Source: Macrostomum lignano (lineage: Eukaryota). Taken from it: DNA of 64,000 nt. The notes beneath the pieces were generated by a model that worked only from the letters and a program-made list of their open reading frames with translations, did no database searches and was not told the DNA's origin. The stretch is taken from contig NIVC01000494.1 of NCBI GenBank assembly GCA_002269645.1, positions 310,001 through 374,000 of the forward strand, given 5' to 3'. This document shows positions 25,931 to 37,473 of this stretch, piece after piece. Every line of letters begins with the position of its first letter. The first letter of the stretch is position 1. The translations under genes and the position numbers were made by a program.

Positions 25931-28900
25931 GCTCACTAGAGGGCAGACATCATGTGCCTTCTGCACTTGTGTGCCAGCTTCATAGCTAAATGTGTTAATT
26001 TGCCACTTGTGCATAATGACAATTGAATGAATGAATTAATTTCATGACTAAACAATCAATGTCTATAGTATGTATTATTTAGCACCTTCAGCATGTCTAC
26101 ACTATCCCATAAGCTTGCTCGCATTGCATCACTTTATTAAAATTAATACAGCCTTACAAAATAAACAATAGCACTGTTTGATGTGTTTGTCAAATTGCTC
26201 ATTCTCACACATTTCTCTTTGTGTTCATTTGTATTTATAGGCCTAGAGGAGCAAGTTAGAAGTCTAAATACTTTAGCTAGGCCTATGTGAACTAAAGAAT
26301 TAGTTCTTGCAGTTTTAATCATAGATTCATAGTTCTGTGAGTTCAATAGATTGCATAATTTACATGTATATTCTTCAATGTATAACTTTATTAGTTGCTA
26401 TAAGCCACTGCACTGCCATGTTGAGAGCAGTGGATGCACAAGGGCGTAACTGTTCAACTATTATTAAAACTCAGTATAATAATGCAATGAAACTATAGTT
26501 GTATTTGACTGTCAGCTAATGTTTAAATAGCTATATATATTGAATATTGTTACATAAATAAAATTTACATAATAATAAATACACAAAATCCATTATTTAA
26601 AAACGTAACTAAATCTACATTGTTACACTTACAGTAGAATATGTTATACTCAACTAATATAAATCAATAAATGTATAATGTAATGGCCCTAGATACTAGG
26701 GCCCTGAGCTTAGTTTTTAGGGGCCTAGTAGGGCCCTAAGGCCCCTAACCACAGAAGCTACATGCATGGGTTCTGAAACTTATATGTAGGCCTACAATAC
26801 ACAGTACTCTGATTCTGAAACAGTCGACTTGGATTTTAGGCAGCATCTAGCTGGACTGGATCCTGGAGGCAATATAAACGCATAGCACAATGAAGCTTGG
26901 GCAGGGAGCAGACCGTGCAGGTGTAGTGACCTTCGCGAAAGTTCGATGCATTAATTATGGAATTTGAGGTGGGGGTGGAGAAGAAGAGAATGGGCGGTTT
27001 CTAATTTTTTGAATTGCCGCCTGCGTTGTCTCGGCACTCGTAAAGCCGGAAAATTGCACAAATTGCCGTGTTGAGTCTTCTCCTTAGATACTCCGTCTGC
27101 CGGGTCCTCAATTCCGGGGGGAGGGTAGTCGTAATCGTAGTCGAGCGGTCTTGTAGCGGCCCGAGTCGTTCAGGTTGGGTCCTCAGACACCGTAAACTCG
27201 TAATTCGTCGAGATTGCTAGTTGTGTTACTCTCAGTAGTAAAGTAGCGCTGCCACCACCGTAATTTCGTATTACGGAACGATGAGGGTCTCAGAGCTTTC
27301 TTTGAGTTGAGACTGATCGGTTATTTTACGCCCCGCGGGCAAATGACTCAATATAGACTAAAGCTTCGATTAAAATCAACTGGATGAATAAATTGTTATT
27401 ATTGGTAGCTTATCGTTATTTTATTACTAGTTCTCACAATTAGATTAAACAGCTACAGCACGATTATTTGATGTTATTAGGGGTAGTAGTAACTTGGCGC
27501 GCGAGACGAACACTATTAATAGTTCAAAGTAATAAAGCAAACTAATTGTCGTAGAAAATACCAAACGAGAAGTTGAGACGAGACAGTCGACCGAGTAAAG
27601 GTGGGTGGGTAAAATAAAAAATAATAATGATGATGATGATGAAGATGAAGATGATTTTTTGAAAAAAATGACTGCTACACGCAAGGATTTTATACAGCAA
27701 AAATTACATAGATCAACGGGTGAAACACCAGGGGGAACACCGGGGGGAACACCAGTGGGAAAAAGGGGACAAAACCCGGGAGAAACGCAGTAAAACAAGG
27801 CGGAGCCAAAGGAAGGGACAACTAATGGACCAAAGGTGGGATCAACGAAGGGAAAACGTTCAGTCAACCGGGGGAGCAGCTCGTGACGTCAAACGTCATA
27901 CCAACGGATGGAGGCATTGCGCGGTCGCCAACTGTTGCCGGAACCTCAGTGGTAGACCGGCCTACCACAAATTATTTATTTTCTAGAAATTTCCCCGTAG
28001 AGTACAAATTAAATTCTCGAAATTTCACTCACAGTAAGTAATTTCAATACTCGCATTTATAAATATTTAATGTATAATTTATTACAGTAAGGCAGTACTA
28101 CAAATAATTCAAATCTAATAGGAATCAATAATTAATATTTGTTTTGTTATAATGCTTAGAATATTCTAGAAGTTTCCGGCGATGCTCCTGGTGGCTATAG
28201 ATAAACGGTGCCCACCGCGGATAATCTTTACCTTGCTTCTTTTCCTTACTTCTTACTGCGCTGTCTTTTAACCAAATAAAATAAGAACCACCGCCTAGCT
28301 CTTTTCCTTTCCTTAATTCACATTAAAACCTTACACAGGTGCAGCGCAGCCCATTTCGGCGAAGGAATTTTTTGGTAGACGCTTTAGCGAAAGTGAATTT
28401 TTTAGTTTACATCGATGCACATTTAGGCAAAAGAAATTGACTAGTTTAACAAAAAGATATTTATAGCTATAATTATAATTGCAAATATACAGTATATATA
28501 ACACATCGATTATTTTAGCTTGTAAAATAAATTATTAATTCATTGACCGCCTTGCACATATTTCAGTTTGCACATTAAAAAACCAACAGCCACAACTTAG
28601 CTGGTACATGATGTAGCTTATGTAGCTTATGTAATTAGTGTAATTGGTGGATTTGGGGGCTGGCACTGGCTCTGCATATACCAACACATGAATTTAAACA
28701 CTAAGATTTAGCACTAAGCTAGCACTAAGAGGAGTAGATATAGACACAATTTAAACAAACACTTCACAATCCCTTCGCCTAAGTTAATTGAAGCGTTGAA
28801 GAATGCAGATCAGTGCGGCTGCGGCGCTCAGCTCTTCTTCACCAATCAATCGAAGGAATGAGAGGCGAGGACAGGACAAAGGGCGAACTCTGATTTCTGA

Positions 28901-29588
28901 TCTACTGACTACTGACCTCCATCCAGCACTGCAAAACAGCCATATCCCATCGGAATCCATTCGGAATTTTTCATCTAAATCCAGTCAGACTTGGGCTACG
29001 GGGGGGGGGGCATCATAAACCCGAAAAATCACAACTCCGAAAAGCGCTTTTCATCATAAACCCGAAATATCACAAACCCGAAATATCACAAACCCGAAAT
29101 ATCACAAACCCGAAATATCACAAACCCGAAATATCATAAACCCGAAATATCATATCTCCGAAAGTGCTAGCAACGTCCATCATAAACCCGAAATATCACA
29201 AACCCGAAATATCATATCTCCGAAAACCAAAATAGCAACGCCCATCATGCTAGCAGTGCTAGCACTTTCGGAGTTATGATATTTCGGGTTTATGATATTT
29301 CGGGTTTATGATGGACGTTGCTATTTTGGTTTTCGGAGATATGATATTTCGGGTTTGTGATATTTCGGGTTTATGATGGACGTTGCTAGCACTTTCGAAG
29401 ATATGATATTTCGGGTTTATGATGTTTCGGGTTTGTGATGGGCGTTGCTATTTTGGTTTTCGGAGATATGATATTTCGGGTTTGTGATATTTCGGGTTTG
29501 TGATATTTCGGGTTTGTGATATTTCGGGTTTATGATATTTCGGGTTTATGATATTTCGGGTTTATGATGGGAAGTGCTTTCGGAGTTG

Positions 29589-31581
29589 TGATGGGTTTCG
29601 ACCTTTCAGGCCCCTTGTGAGGAAGCCTTCGGGCCTCAGGCCTCAGAAACAAATCAATTAGAGTCCTGGCCCCCCCACTCCTGTCAGATGGTCAGCCCCA
29701 TGGTAGCTTGATCGTGTGGCGAGCAGTCTAGGTCCTATAGCTAAGAGAGGAACAGCGAGAGACAAGCAGGGAGAATTTTGAAGGTAGAAATTAGCTAATC
29801 CGCAGACTAAGCTAACTCGCTGCCACCAGCCCGTGCGTCCTGGCTCACCACACCGGGACTCTCGAAATCGGGCTTCCGACTAGAAGGGGCTTTGCACTTA
29901 CCTGCCAACTAGTGTCTTTTTGCTGTCAATCTCGAAGTCATAGCCGATGATAAGGGACACTGCTGGGACTAGATCGCATTGGCCATGCAGGTACAGAGGG
30001 GACTTGTGCAGGGGATTCTTGCAGTGGCGAGTCTATGGGGTAGCTACATGTACTATTACATTGCTAAATACGAAGATATGTACTTTTGGCCTTCAACGCG
30101 CCAACTAGCCTCTCATAGCGCTGATGATAGACTAACTCGAACTTCAGAGACCGCATGATTCATTACCCGAGCCGCTTGGCTAACCTAGAGTGCACAAAGT
30201 ACATCTCTGGCGCCGATTCTGCACTTCTGGCAGTTTTGCTCACTGATTTGATTGATAGATCGACTGAAAACTGCCTTGCCATTGGCCCACTGTGACCGGC
30301 GCCTACTAGCTTAGCTACTCATCTGAGCCATCGGCGAACAAAGAAATAAAACCGATAAAAATAACTGTCAGATTTAACCTTCTCCTTAGATCACTTCACA
30401 CCTCAGATCGAATTGGAGTTTGAGACTACTAGCAGTATTATTGAATGATTTCTGCCTCAGTAACAGCACTACTGAACAAAATGAGCAAAAGTGTGCGCCT
30501 AATTCAGCTACTGAAACAGGGGACATATAGGGAATCACCCAATCAAGCAAGTCTAGGTAGCCTCTCACCCAACCAATCAGAAACTCAACAGCCGGAGACC
30601 AGGTAATCCACAGTGACCGAATCGGCTTGATGCTCTGTAGCTGCAGACTCGGGATGATGCTGACACAATCTTCGCTGATAGCTAGCAGGTGATGATCTTC
30701 GCTTGATGTTCGCTGCTGACGACCGGGGGATTCGTCCTTGATGATGATGGGGGGAAGTCGCAATCCGGGGATCAAGAAACGACGGTCGCGCTCCGGGAAC
30801 CAGAAGTTGCGTGCTGGGCCCGAGCAAGAGTAAGTTGCGTCCGAGCGGGCCAAAAACTCCGGTTTAAATAGCCGCCAACTGGACCGCAGTTTGTTATAAC
30901 GGAACACGTCGATTCTGATTGGCTGAGCCGTTTTGTTAAAATGAGCGCCGAATTTTCTGATTGGCTAAGCTTGTTGCTACCCAGAATCACGTGACCGAGA
31001 GATCCTATCAGTTCCCACAGGGTCGTAAAAAGATGACAGGTGCGGCCATAAATCACTCAAAATCGCAACAAAATGATTTATGACTTTTCGCGTAGGATTG
31101 ACAGAAATTAATGAAAAAGTATACATTAGAAAGCTCTTATTAAATAGAAAGTGAAGATAATGAAGAGAAATCGCTAATCGCTAATCCCAAAGTACTTTTA
31201 GGGGTAAAACGCATAGCTGTCAAAGCTGTCACACGCTTGAGTGAATCCGAACAATAGGCCCCGACCTCATAAATCTTGATGGCCTGTCAAAATGATGAAA
31301 AAAAAGCTACCGCCCGCATCCTCTCAGACCATCTGGCGCCCGTCTCAACACTGAGTGAGGCGCAGGTGGCTGTCAGACCAGCTTCGAAAGCGATGATTTA
31401 TGACCCAAAAGCAATGCCTATGTTATTATGACTACTAGTATGGCCAGACATTATATCTAGTATAGATTCCATGACAATTCGCAGAAAAAGGATAAAAATG
31501 CCCATCGCCCACTGTTAGTAGGCTAGTAAGTTTAGAGCCCATGTGCTAGCGCGGGATTTGGGAAAAAGTGCGTCCTCATCA
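29589..31581 (-). repeat. 3' LTR (1993 bp)
   Basis: TGATG...CATCA ends; only a handful of differences from 37474-39467 seen (e.g. 30422 G/C and an A-run length difference). Confidence 0.95.
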
Positions 31582-31585
31582 TATG

Positions 31586-31597
31586 CCCCCCCCCCCT
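31586..31597 (-). promoter_or_regulatory. Polypurine tract (PPT)
   Basis: A followed by G11 on the minus strand, 4 nt before the 3' LTR. Confidence 0.85.
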
Positions 31598-33117
31598 ATT
31601 TGTGAGTTGATCGCAGATTAACTCAAAAACAAAGAAGAAAAATGAGCGCAGTTTTGTACAAAATCGCAGCTAGCACATCACAAAGTTAGTAAAAATAATA
31701 ATAACTCACAAATAGGTATAAAAATATTAAACTAATGCGCGTCCCAAGAAAGGGAATCCCGAAAGAGAAAGAATTTGGGGAAGGGAAAGAATGAAGAAAG
31801 AAAGGGATCAAAAGAAAGGTGCTTAAAAATAGATATCGCATTTGCCAATACAGTATTAAGTGCGAGATACATGTAAGGGGATAATAATCAGATAAATTAT
31901 TGCCGCGCGAGAAGACAGTTCAAAATGTGCGATTAACCAGCACATGATCGGAGAAACTAAACTCTGCTGTTCGCATTTGAGTCAATCTCAATCCGACCTG
32001 GTAAGCCTCTTGATGGCTTAATTCCTTTGCCGCGCGGGGCCGACCTGAGCCAGGATGGGCGGGGAGCCTGGGAAATGCGTTGCACATTCTCCCCTCCCGC
32101 CTGTGGAGTCCACGTGCCTGGGGATATCGAGCTCATCTGGCAGCTGCTGGCGAATGGCGACCCTCAGAGGATTAAGGAACCCTCAAACCATCTTTGCTGA
32201 CTGGCTGAGACGCTGCTGGGGGAGGATAACCTATACCACCTCGAGCCTTCAGGGAGATAAAAGCGACTGACCACTCGGGTCATCCACAAATTATAATTTG
32301 CATCTCCGAGTCCTACAACTCTCACGACAGCATCTCGCTCGCCAGCCAACGCCTCGCCACCGCCACATTTGCTGACTTCGAACCGAGCCAGACCAGCCTC
32401 CGTAGACCTCCGATCTCCAACCGGTAAGTCTCATCTCAGCTTTGTGATACTCTACCGTCCACTTCCACTCAATCAGACAATCCCAGACCCATCCCACAGT
32501 TTCAGCAACCTTCAGGGTACACTCCCTCCTACTCATTTGCCCATTCAGTGCTGTGCAGATAGGTACTTCAAGACGTATTATTAATAGAGTTTCAGATAAG
32601 AGGCAGAATGATTTTGAACACTAGTGTTATATTTTAAAAGTTCTTTCAAAGATTTGTCTTCAAAACTCCGCTTCAATCGCATTCTCTGTCTAGTTTATTT
32701 CACACAATCCTATTTTATTTTGCACTCAGTATTACTACATATCAGTAGTATCGCACGGCCGCGAAATTCAGTTTAAATTTACCTCTTCTAATTTGATTTA
32801 GCAATTCGTATTAATTCAGGTGGACCTTCTAGGGCTACTCAGAGCTTTTTACTAAAATTAATTTCTTTTCTCGCTTCGGCTCAATAAGTTTCATAAACAC
32901 GGCAAGGCGTCAATTTTCATTCTCAACTCAAGTTTCAACTCAACTTCAAGCAATGGTTTAATTGATACACAAACACGAAACAATAAGCAAGCAAATACAG
33001 TCACACATCATACTTGTTTCCGCATTACCATTGAAGATAAAATAGAACTTTAGCCAAAGAGGGGTGGGCAAGGGGAAACCGAGTTGGGCCCCCGACTCTC
33101 AAAGCTCCAAGGAAGTT

Positions 33118-33612
33118 TTAACAGAAAGGAAGCATTTGCCCCAATACCAAGAGATTTCTTGTGTGATAGTCCAAGACAGCAGGCGCGGCTGCCAGAAAAG
33201 AGTTGCCCAACAGAGGCCTCGTGGCGGGGTCACTGGCGACTAAAAACATAACTGGCATGGTTTCAGCCCCTAGGGTGACAATCAGCTTGGACTGACCCAC
33301 AATCTCTAATCTATGCCCGCTATAGGAATAGATAGAGACTGTAGGGGCTTCCAACCTGTCCATGTCATCATTAGTGGCCGCCACAAAGTCTCTGAAGGGC
33401 AAGATGGAGACTGCCGATCCAGAATCAATGAGAATTCGGAGTGGCAATCTCTCCACTTGAACTTTCACATACACGTCAGCTCGAGAGCTTTTAAATGGCA
33501 TAGCCTTCCTGGGAACAATGAAGTCGGGTATGCAACTCACTTTCCTTTTGCCACCATTTGCTAAATTCGCCCTTGAAAGTCCAGAAGAGGGGTGAGTGTG
33601 GGCGCCACCCAT
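33118..33612 (-). CDS. Retroviral-type aspartic protease; the frame stays open upstream to ~33795
   Basis: LRILIDSGSAVSIL catalytic motif and C-terminal ...LLGNSFL; the stop follows immediately after the domain. Confidence 0.88.
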   Translation of the reverse strand: MGGAHTHPSSGLSRANLANGGKRKVSCIPDFIVPRKAMPFKSSRADVYVKVQVERLPLRILIDSGSAVSILPFRDFVAATNDDMDRLEAPTVSIYSYSGHRLEIVGQSKLIVTLGAETMPVMFLVASDPATRPLLGNSFLAAAPAVLDYHTRNLLVLGQMLPFC

Positions 33613-33728
33613 CCCTACTCTCAGTTTTCCGACCCGGACGGGAGATAGAAAGAGGGCCGCTGTTTCTGCGCTCCTGGCGCCGGGGTTGGCGGGGGCCTCA
33701 AATTCTCTTCTCCTGTACTGCTCTCTCC

Positions 33729-34948
33729 CTAGGTAGGAACATGCAGGGGAGGCGGGCGCGCGCGCGCACTGTTGCGCAACTGCGGGGGCCGGTAAACCTC
33801 AGTTTTTTCAGTCTGCTTGGCCGGGTCACCATAAATCGCGTTCTGCCTCAATAGTGCGGGCTTCGCTGACAGATTTTGAGACGAGGGGGGCGGGGACTTG
33901 CCCTCAGGCGGGTAGTTGGCTCGCTCAGTATCTTCTACCACGGTGAGGTCTCCCTCCCACTGATCTGAGTGGCTTATCATCGCCTGATCAATCCTCTCCG
34001 CAACCTGGCTCATAGCGCCGTAAATCTTGCCGACGGTTTCATCTTGGCTGTTTTGACGCTGCTGTAAATCTGTCAGTGCCTCTTCCACTTCCCTTCCTTC
34101 CTCTGACTCTAGCATGCGGACCCACCTGCGTTGATATTCTCTGTCGCTGGGGCGATTCTGATCTCTGTTCCTATCGTCCCTACGCTGGTCATATCTAAGC
34201 TGGTCTCGCGTTAAGCTTGGAGATTCTGCTGTGCTGCCAGCACTTCATCAATGCTGCGAAACTGTTGCCCTAGCAGCGACTTGCGCACATCTGGGGCGAT
34301 GTCAGCTGTTTCCAAGTAGGCAAAGATCACCTCCGACTCTAACTGTCTAGGACTCATGTCGGGGTAAGCAGAAGCTATCACACTACGCACCATGGCCGAA
34401 TAGGCGTGGTGATTCTGGCCTGCCTTCTGTTTTAGATTCCGGACTTTGTTTCTTTTCGCTAGTTCTGAGCTGGCCTCTCCTACCTGACGACCTAACCTTT
34501 CTATAAATTCCTCAAAGTCAAGGCCGGGATGGAGGGCGATAGCAAGACTCTGCAGATCTGGGGGGAGGAGCGAGATTACCGTGCTCTTCTTCTGCTCTCT
34601 GTCCCTAATCTCTTCAGATCTGAGTTTGTATTTGACTCTGTCAACCCACTGGGGGAAGCAGGATTCTGCTGGGTTGAATTTCTCAACGCTAATCTTGACG
34701 CTCTGTGTCTCTCTGCCCAATCCGATAGCTGCAAGGGCTTGCGCTAATTGGGCTGCCATGTCGGCGGCTTGGGGTTGAGGTGGGGCTCTCTGCGGGGATG
34801 ACCCGCACTCTGATCGCTCGGGGGAGCCTGAGCCCTGGGACGAAAAATCGCAGGCGGCTGCAGCGGCGGCTGCTGATCCGTTCCTATTCCCTCTACCTCT
34901 TCTGCCTCTACCTCCTGACTTACTGGTACTGGAATTACATGTTTCCAT
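33729..34948 (-). CDS. Gypsy-type Gag, split into two frames (34948-34211 and ~34206-33729)
   Basis: KISVEKFNP...QWVDRVKYKL...LRNLKQ-like (VRNLKQKAGQNHHAY) capsid region typical of retrotransposon gag; followed by an RD-rich low-complexity segment in the -1 frame; no CCHC knuckle seen. Confidence 0.75.
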
Positions 34949-37453
34949 AGTTCGGGCACAACACCAGTTGCCGGGACAGAACTAAAGGATGAAAATCTGA
35001 ACCGGGGCGGAAAAAATGAATGCAATTGGCTATTAGCCGAATTTGGGTGTCTGCTTCAAAGCAAGACAATGGCAATGAATCGAATCGAATGGGGGGAAAG
35101 GGGGGAGATTGTGCAAAAAGCCTAACTGGGGTAGGGTTTTGACAGAAGTGAGCAATGGGGGATTGAGCGCCGCGAATGGGGGAGCTCAAGACAAAAGCAA
35201 TAAATTACAAGCAAAAATAAGCAAAAAGCAAAAAACACGCAAATAAGCAAAAGATACGCGATCTATATACAAAAAGCGTACAATACGGGCGCGGGGCTTG
35301 CGATTATGATCGCAAACACCGCACAAAAAAAGAAAAAATATGCAAAAACCAACTCGGCGGAAACTTCACTGATTTCACTCACACTGCAGTCACACTTGAC
35401 TCAAAATTTTTCACACCTAAATTCCTCTTGTCTCTGTCTTGAATCCGATCTCGGATTTTCTCGAATTGCTGCTTTTAAACTCACTAATTCTCAACTGGGC
35501 TATGGCCACGGCTTTCCGCAGGCTACTACAGTCTCAGTCTCTCTTTCTCTCTGAGCGGCTCTTTTTGCTTCCGAATAATTTTAATGGGCTAGTAAATCAT
35601 GGAGGGTCTCTTCAGTTCTTATTAGTCTAAATTGCAGGCGCCAATATGTGGGCACCTCATGTGTATTAGAGCTCTCCTGCGTGGTATCGCCACTAGGAAA
35701 CCGTCCGGGTGCTGCTACGGCTAGACAGATTCACAATCCCCATCAAGGCTGATCTTTTAGCGGAACTTGGACGTCTGACCCAGCGCGCCCAGTGGCCCCT
35801 CTGTGTAGCTTTCGTCAGCATTGACCGGTGAGGGCGGATTACACCCAATAAACGATACTCGCGAAGACAGATAATACACAAGGAGTTAAGCAGGTCCGTA
35901 GTGCAGTGTTCACTCCACAACAAAACCTTTTGGCACGGTCCCTAAGAATTTTGATCATAGAAAAAGCTACGGGCAGCAGGAAAGTTTGTCAAATATTATG
36001 ACCCTACGTTATCGGGTCGGGTATTTTTATAGCGGCGAACCACAGAAGACATCTGTGTCTTGAGTCGGTAGAGTCTGTCCAGACAAAGCTGCGCTCCCCT
36101 CCTCTTGCCATCATAAAAATGAATAGCCACGGCGTTTTCTGCTCTCTGCAGAATCGTTAACCAGAGCTGTAGCTGGAATTCGCACATACTACCATGGCAC
36201 CGTGTGGGTAATTCTCTCCGCTTTCCTTACTGTATTAACATTAGATACCCCCTCCAATTCTAAGAAAGAAAGGGCAAAAGCAAACTTCCAAACCCTAAAT
36301 TCCGCAACCAGGAAAATTTACTTGTGCACTGGCAAACTGTACTACTGAAAGTAATACCTACACACTTTCCAGACTCCTAGGCTAAGCAGATGGTAAATGT
36401 ACGAACTTAAAGTAACTTCAGACCTCACAATTCTGTACCCAAACCCAAAGTAGCGTGGCTGTTCTCGCGTTCCGGTAGCCATCAACCCCAGACATATTTT
36501 TCAGGACATGGATGTCTGACCCAGCGCATCCAGAGGCCCAACGGCACAGCACTTGCCATTGTTAGCCGGAATACCGAGAATTGCGGTGGGAATTTGAGCT
36601 CTCCGTTGCCACTTAAAGCGATTTATACCACCAAAGCCCGAATAGCGGACAACAATTCGTGAGAAGCACTCAGATAGAACACCCCGATTTAAATCGAAAT
36701 GATACTATAATCACACAGTACGCTAATCCGACTGTCCCGTACTAATCTGCTCCAGAGTATAACCTTTGAACCCAAAACCCGTGAGGCCCTGCGTATGAAA
36801 CCAAGGCTTCGCACATCCAAAAAGCTGCCTGATTCTAGATTTAGCAAACAAGACAAAAACTACAAGCGCTGTCAGCATTCTATAATGAACGTTTTGGCCG
36901 AGGAAGCATTATCATTTGGATAATGGCCTCTTGTCTACACGACAAAAATTAATAGCTTAATTTCGAGTGATCAGTTCGAAACTTTTCTGTTTAGCAAAAG
37001 TACAAGAACTATCCTAAATCTCTATTTTCCGCATAATTAGCTGGCTGAAATCAAAACTGGAGAACTAAGCAGAGAGCCTAGATAACTGGTCAAGCTGAGA
37101 GAGTTATATGTGCGGGGTTGATTTTTTTTTTATATGCTCTGGCTTTTTGAATTTTATAATTTTTTTGGTTGATTTTTGGAATAGGCATGCATTTAATGGT
37201 AAGCAGTTCATACTAGTAATTTTTTTGGTTCCAGTAGCATAAATTTTTTTGTGCATTTTTGGACTCTCATAATTCAGACTTGAAAAGCTACCGCAACTGA
37301 CTACTTGCAGTAATCTAAAAGAAACCTAAAATTCCCAATTTTGAAATCGAAACGGCGCAACTCGATTTTATTATTCTGTTACAATTTGCCATTTACCAAC
37401 CATCACTACCGGTGAGCACTTTATCACTTCTTACCGGCTAGTGTTTACCAAAC

Positions 37454-37471
37454 ATCCCACCGCTGCCACCA
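37454..37471 (-). promoter_or_regulatory. Primer-binding site for tRNA-Leu
   Basis: Minus strand TGGTGGCAGCGGTGGGAT, 2 nt after the 5' LTR; complementary to the 3' end ...AUCCCACCGCUGCCA-CCA of metazoan tRNA-Leu(AAG/UAG). Confidence 0.9.
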
Positions 37472-37473
37472 TT

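Noticed and set aside
26685-26703. Perfect hairpin GGCCCTAG-ATA-CTAGGGCC as a Helitron or MULE terminus
   Set aside because: No matching opposite end, TSD or correctly spaced CTRR terminus could be established.
30386-30907. 173-aa ORF present three times (also 38271-38792 and 46720-47241)
   Set aside because: It lies within the LTR, starts upstream of the TATA box at a non-ATG codon, and recurs only because the LTRs are near-identical; no recognisable domain.
31600-33117. RT/RNase H/integrase or env remnant in the 3' interior of the LTR element
   Set aside because: The frames I translated are short and show no YxDD, HHCC, DDE or hydrophobic env-like signature; a profile search is still needed to exclude very diverged remnants.
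33729-34230. Canonical programmed -1 ribosomal frameshift signals in gag-PR
   Set aside because: No X XXY YYZ heptamer in the permissible windows; the A-run at ~33805 leads straight to a stop in the -1 frame.
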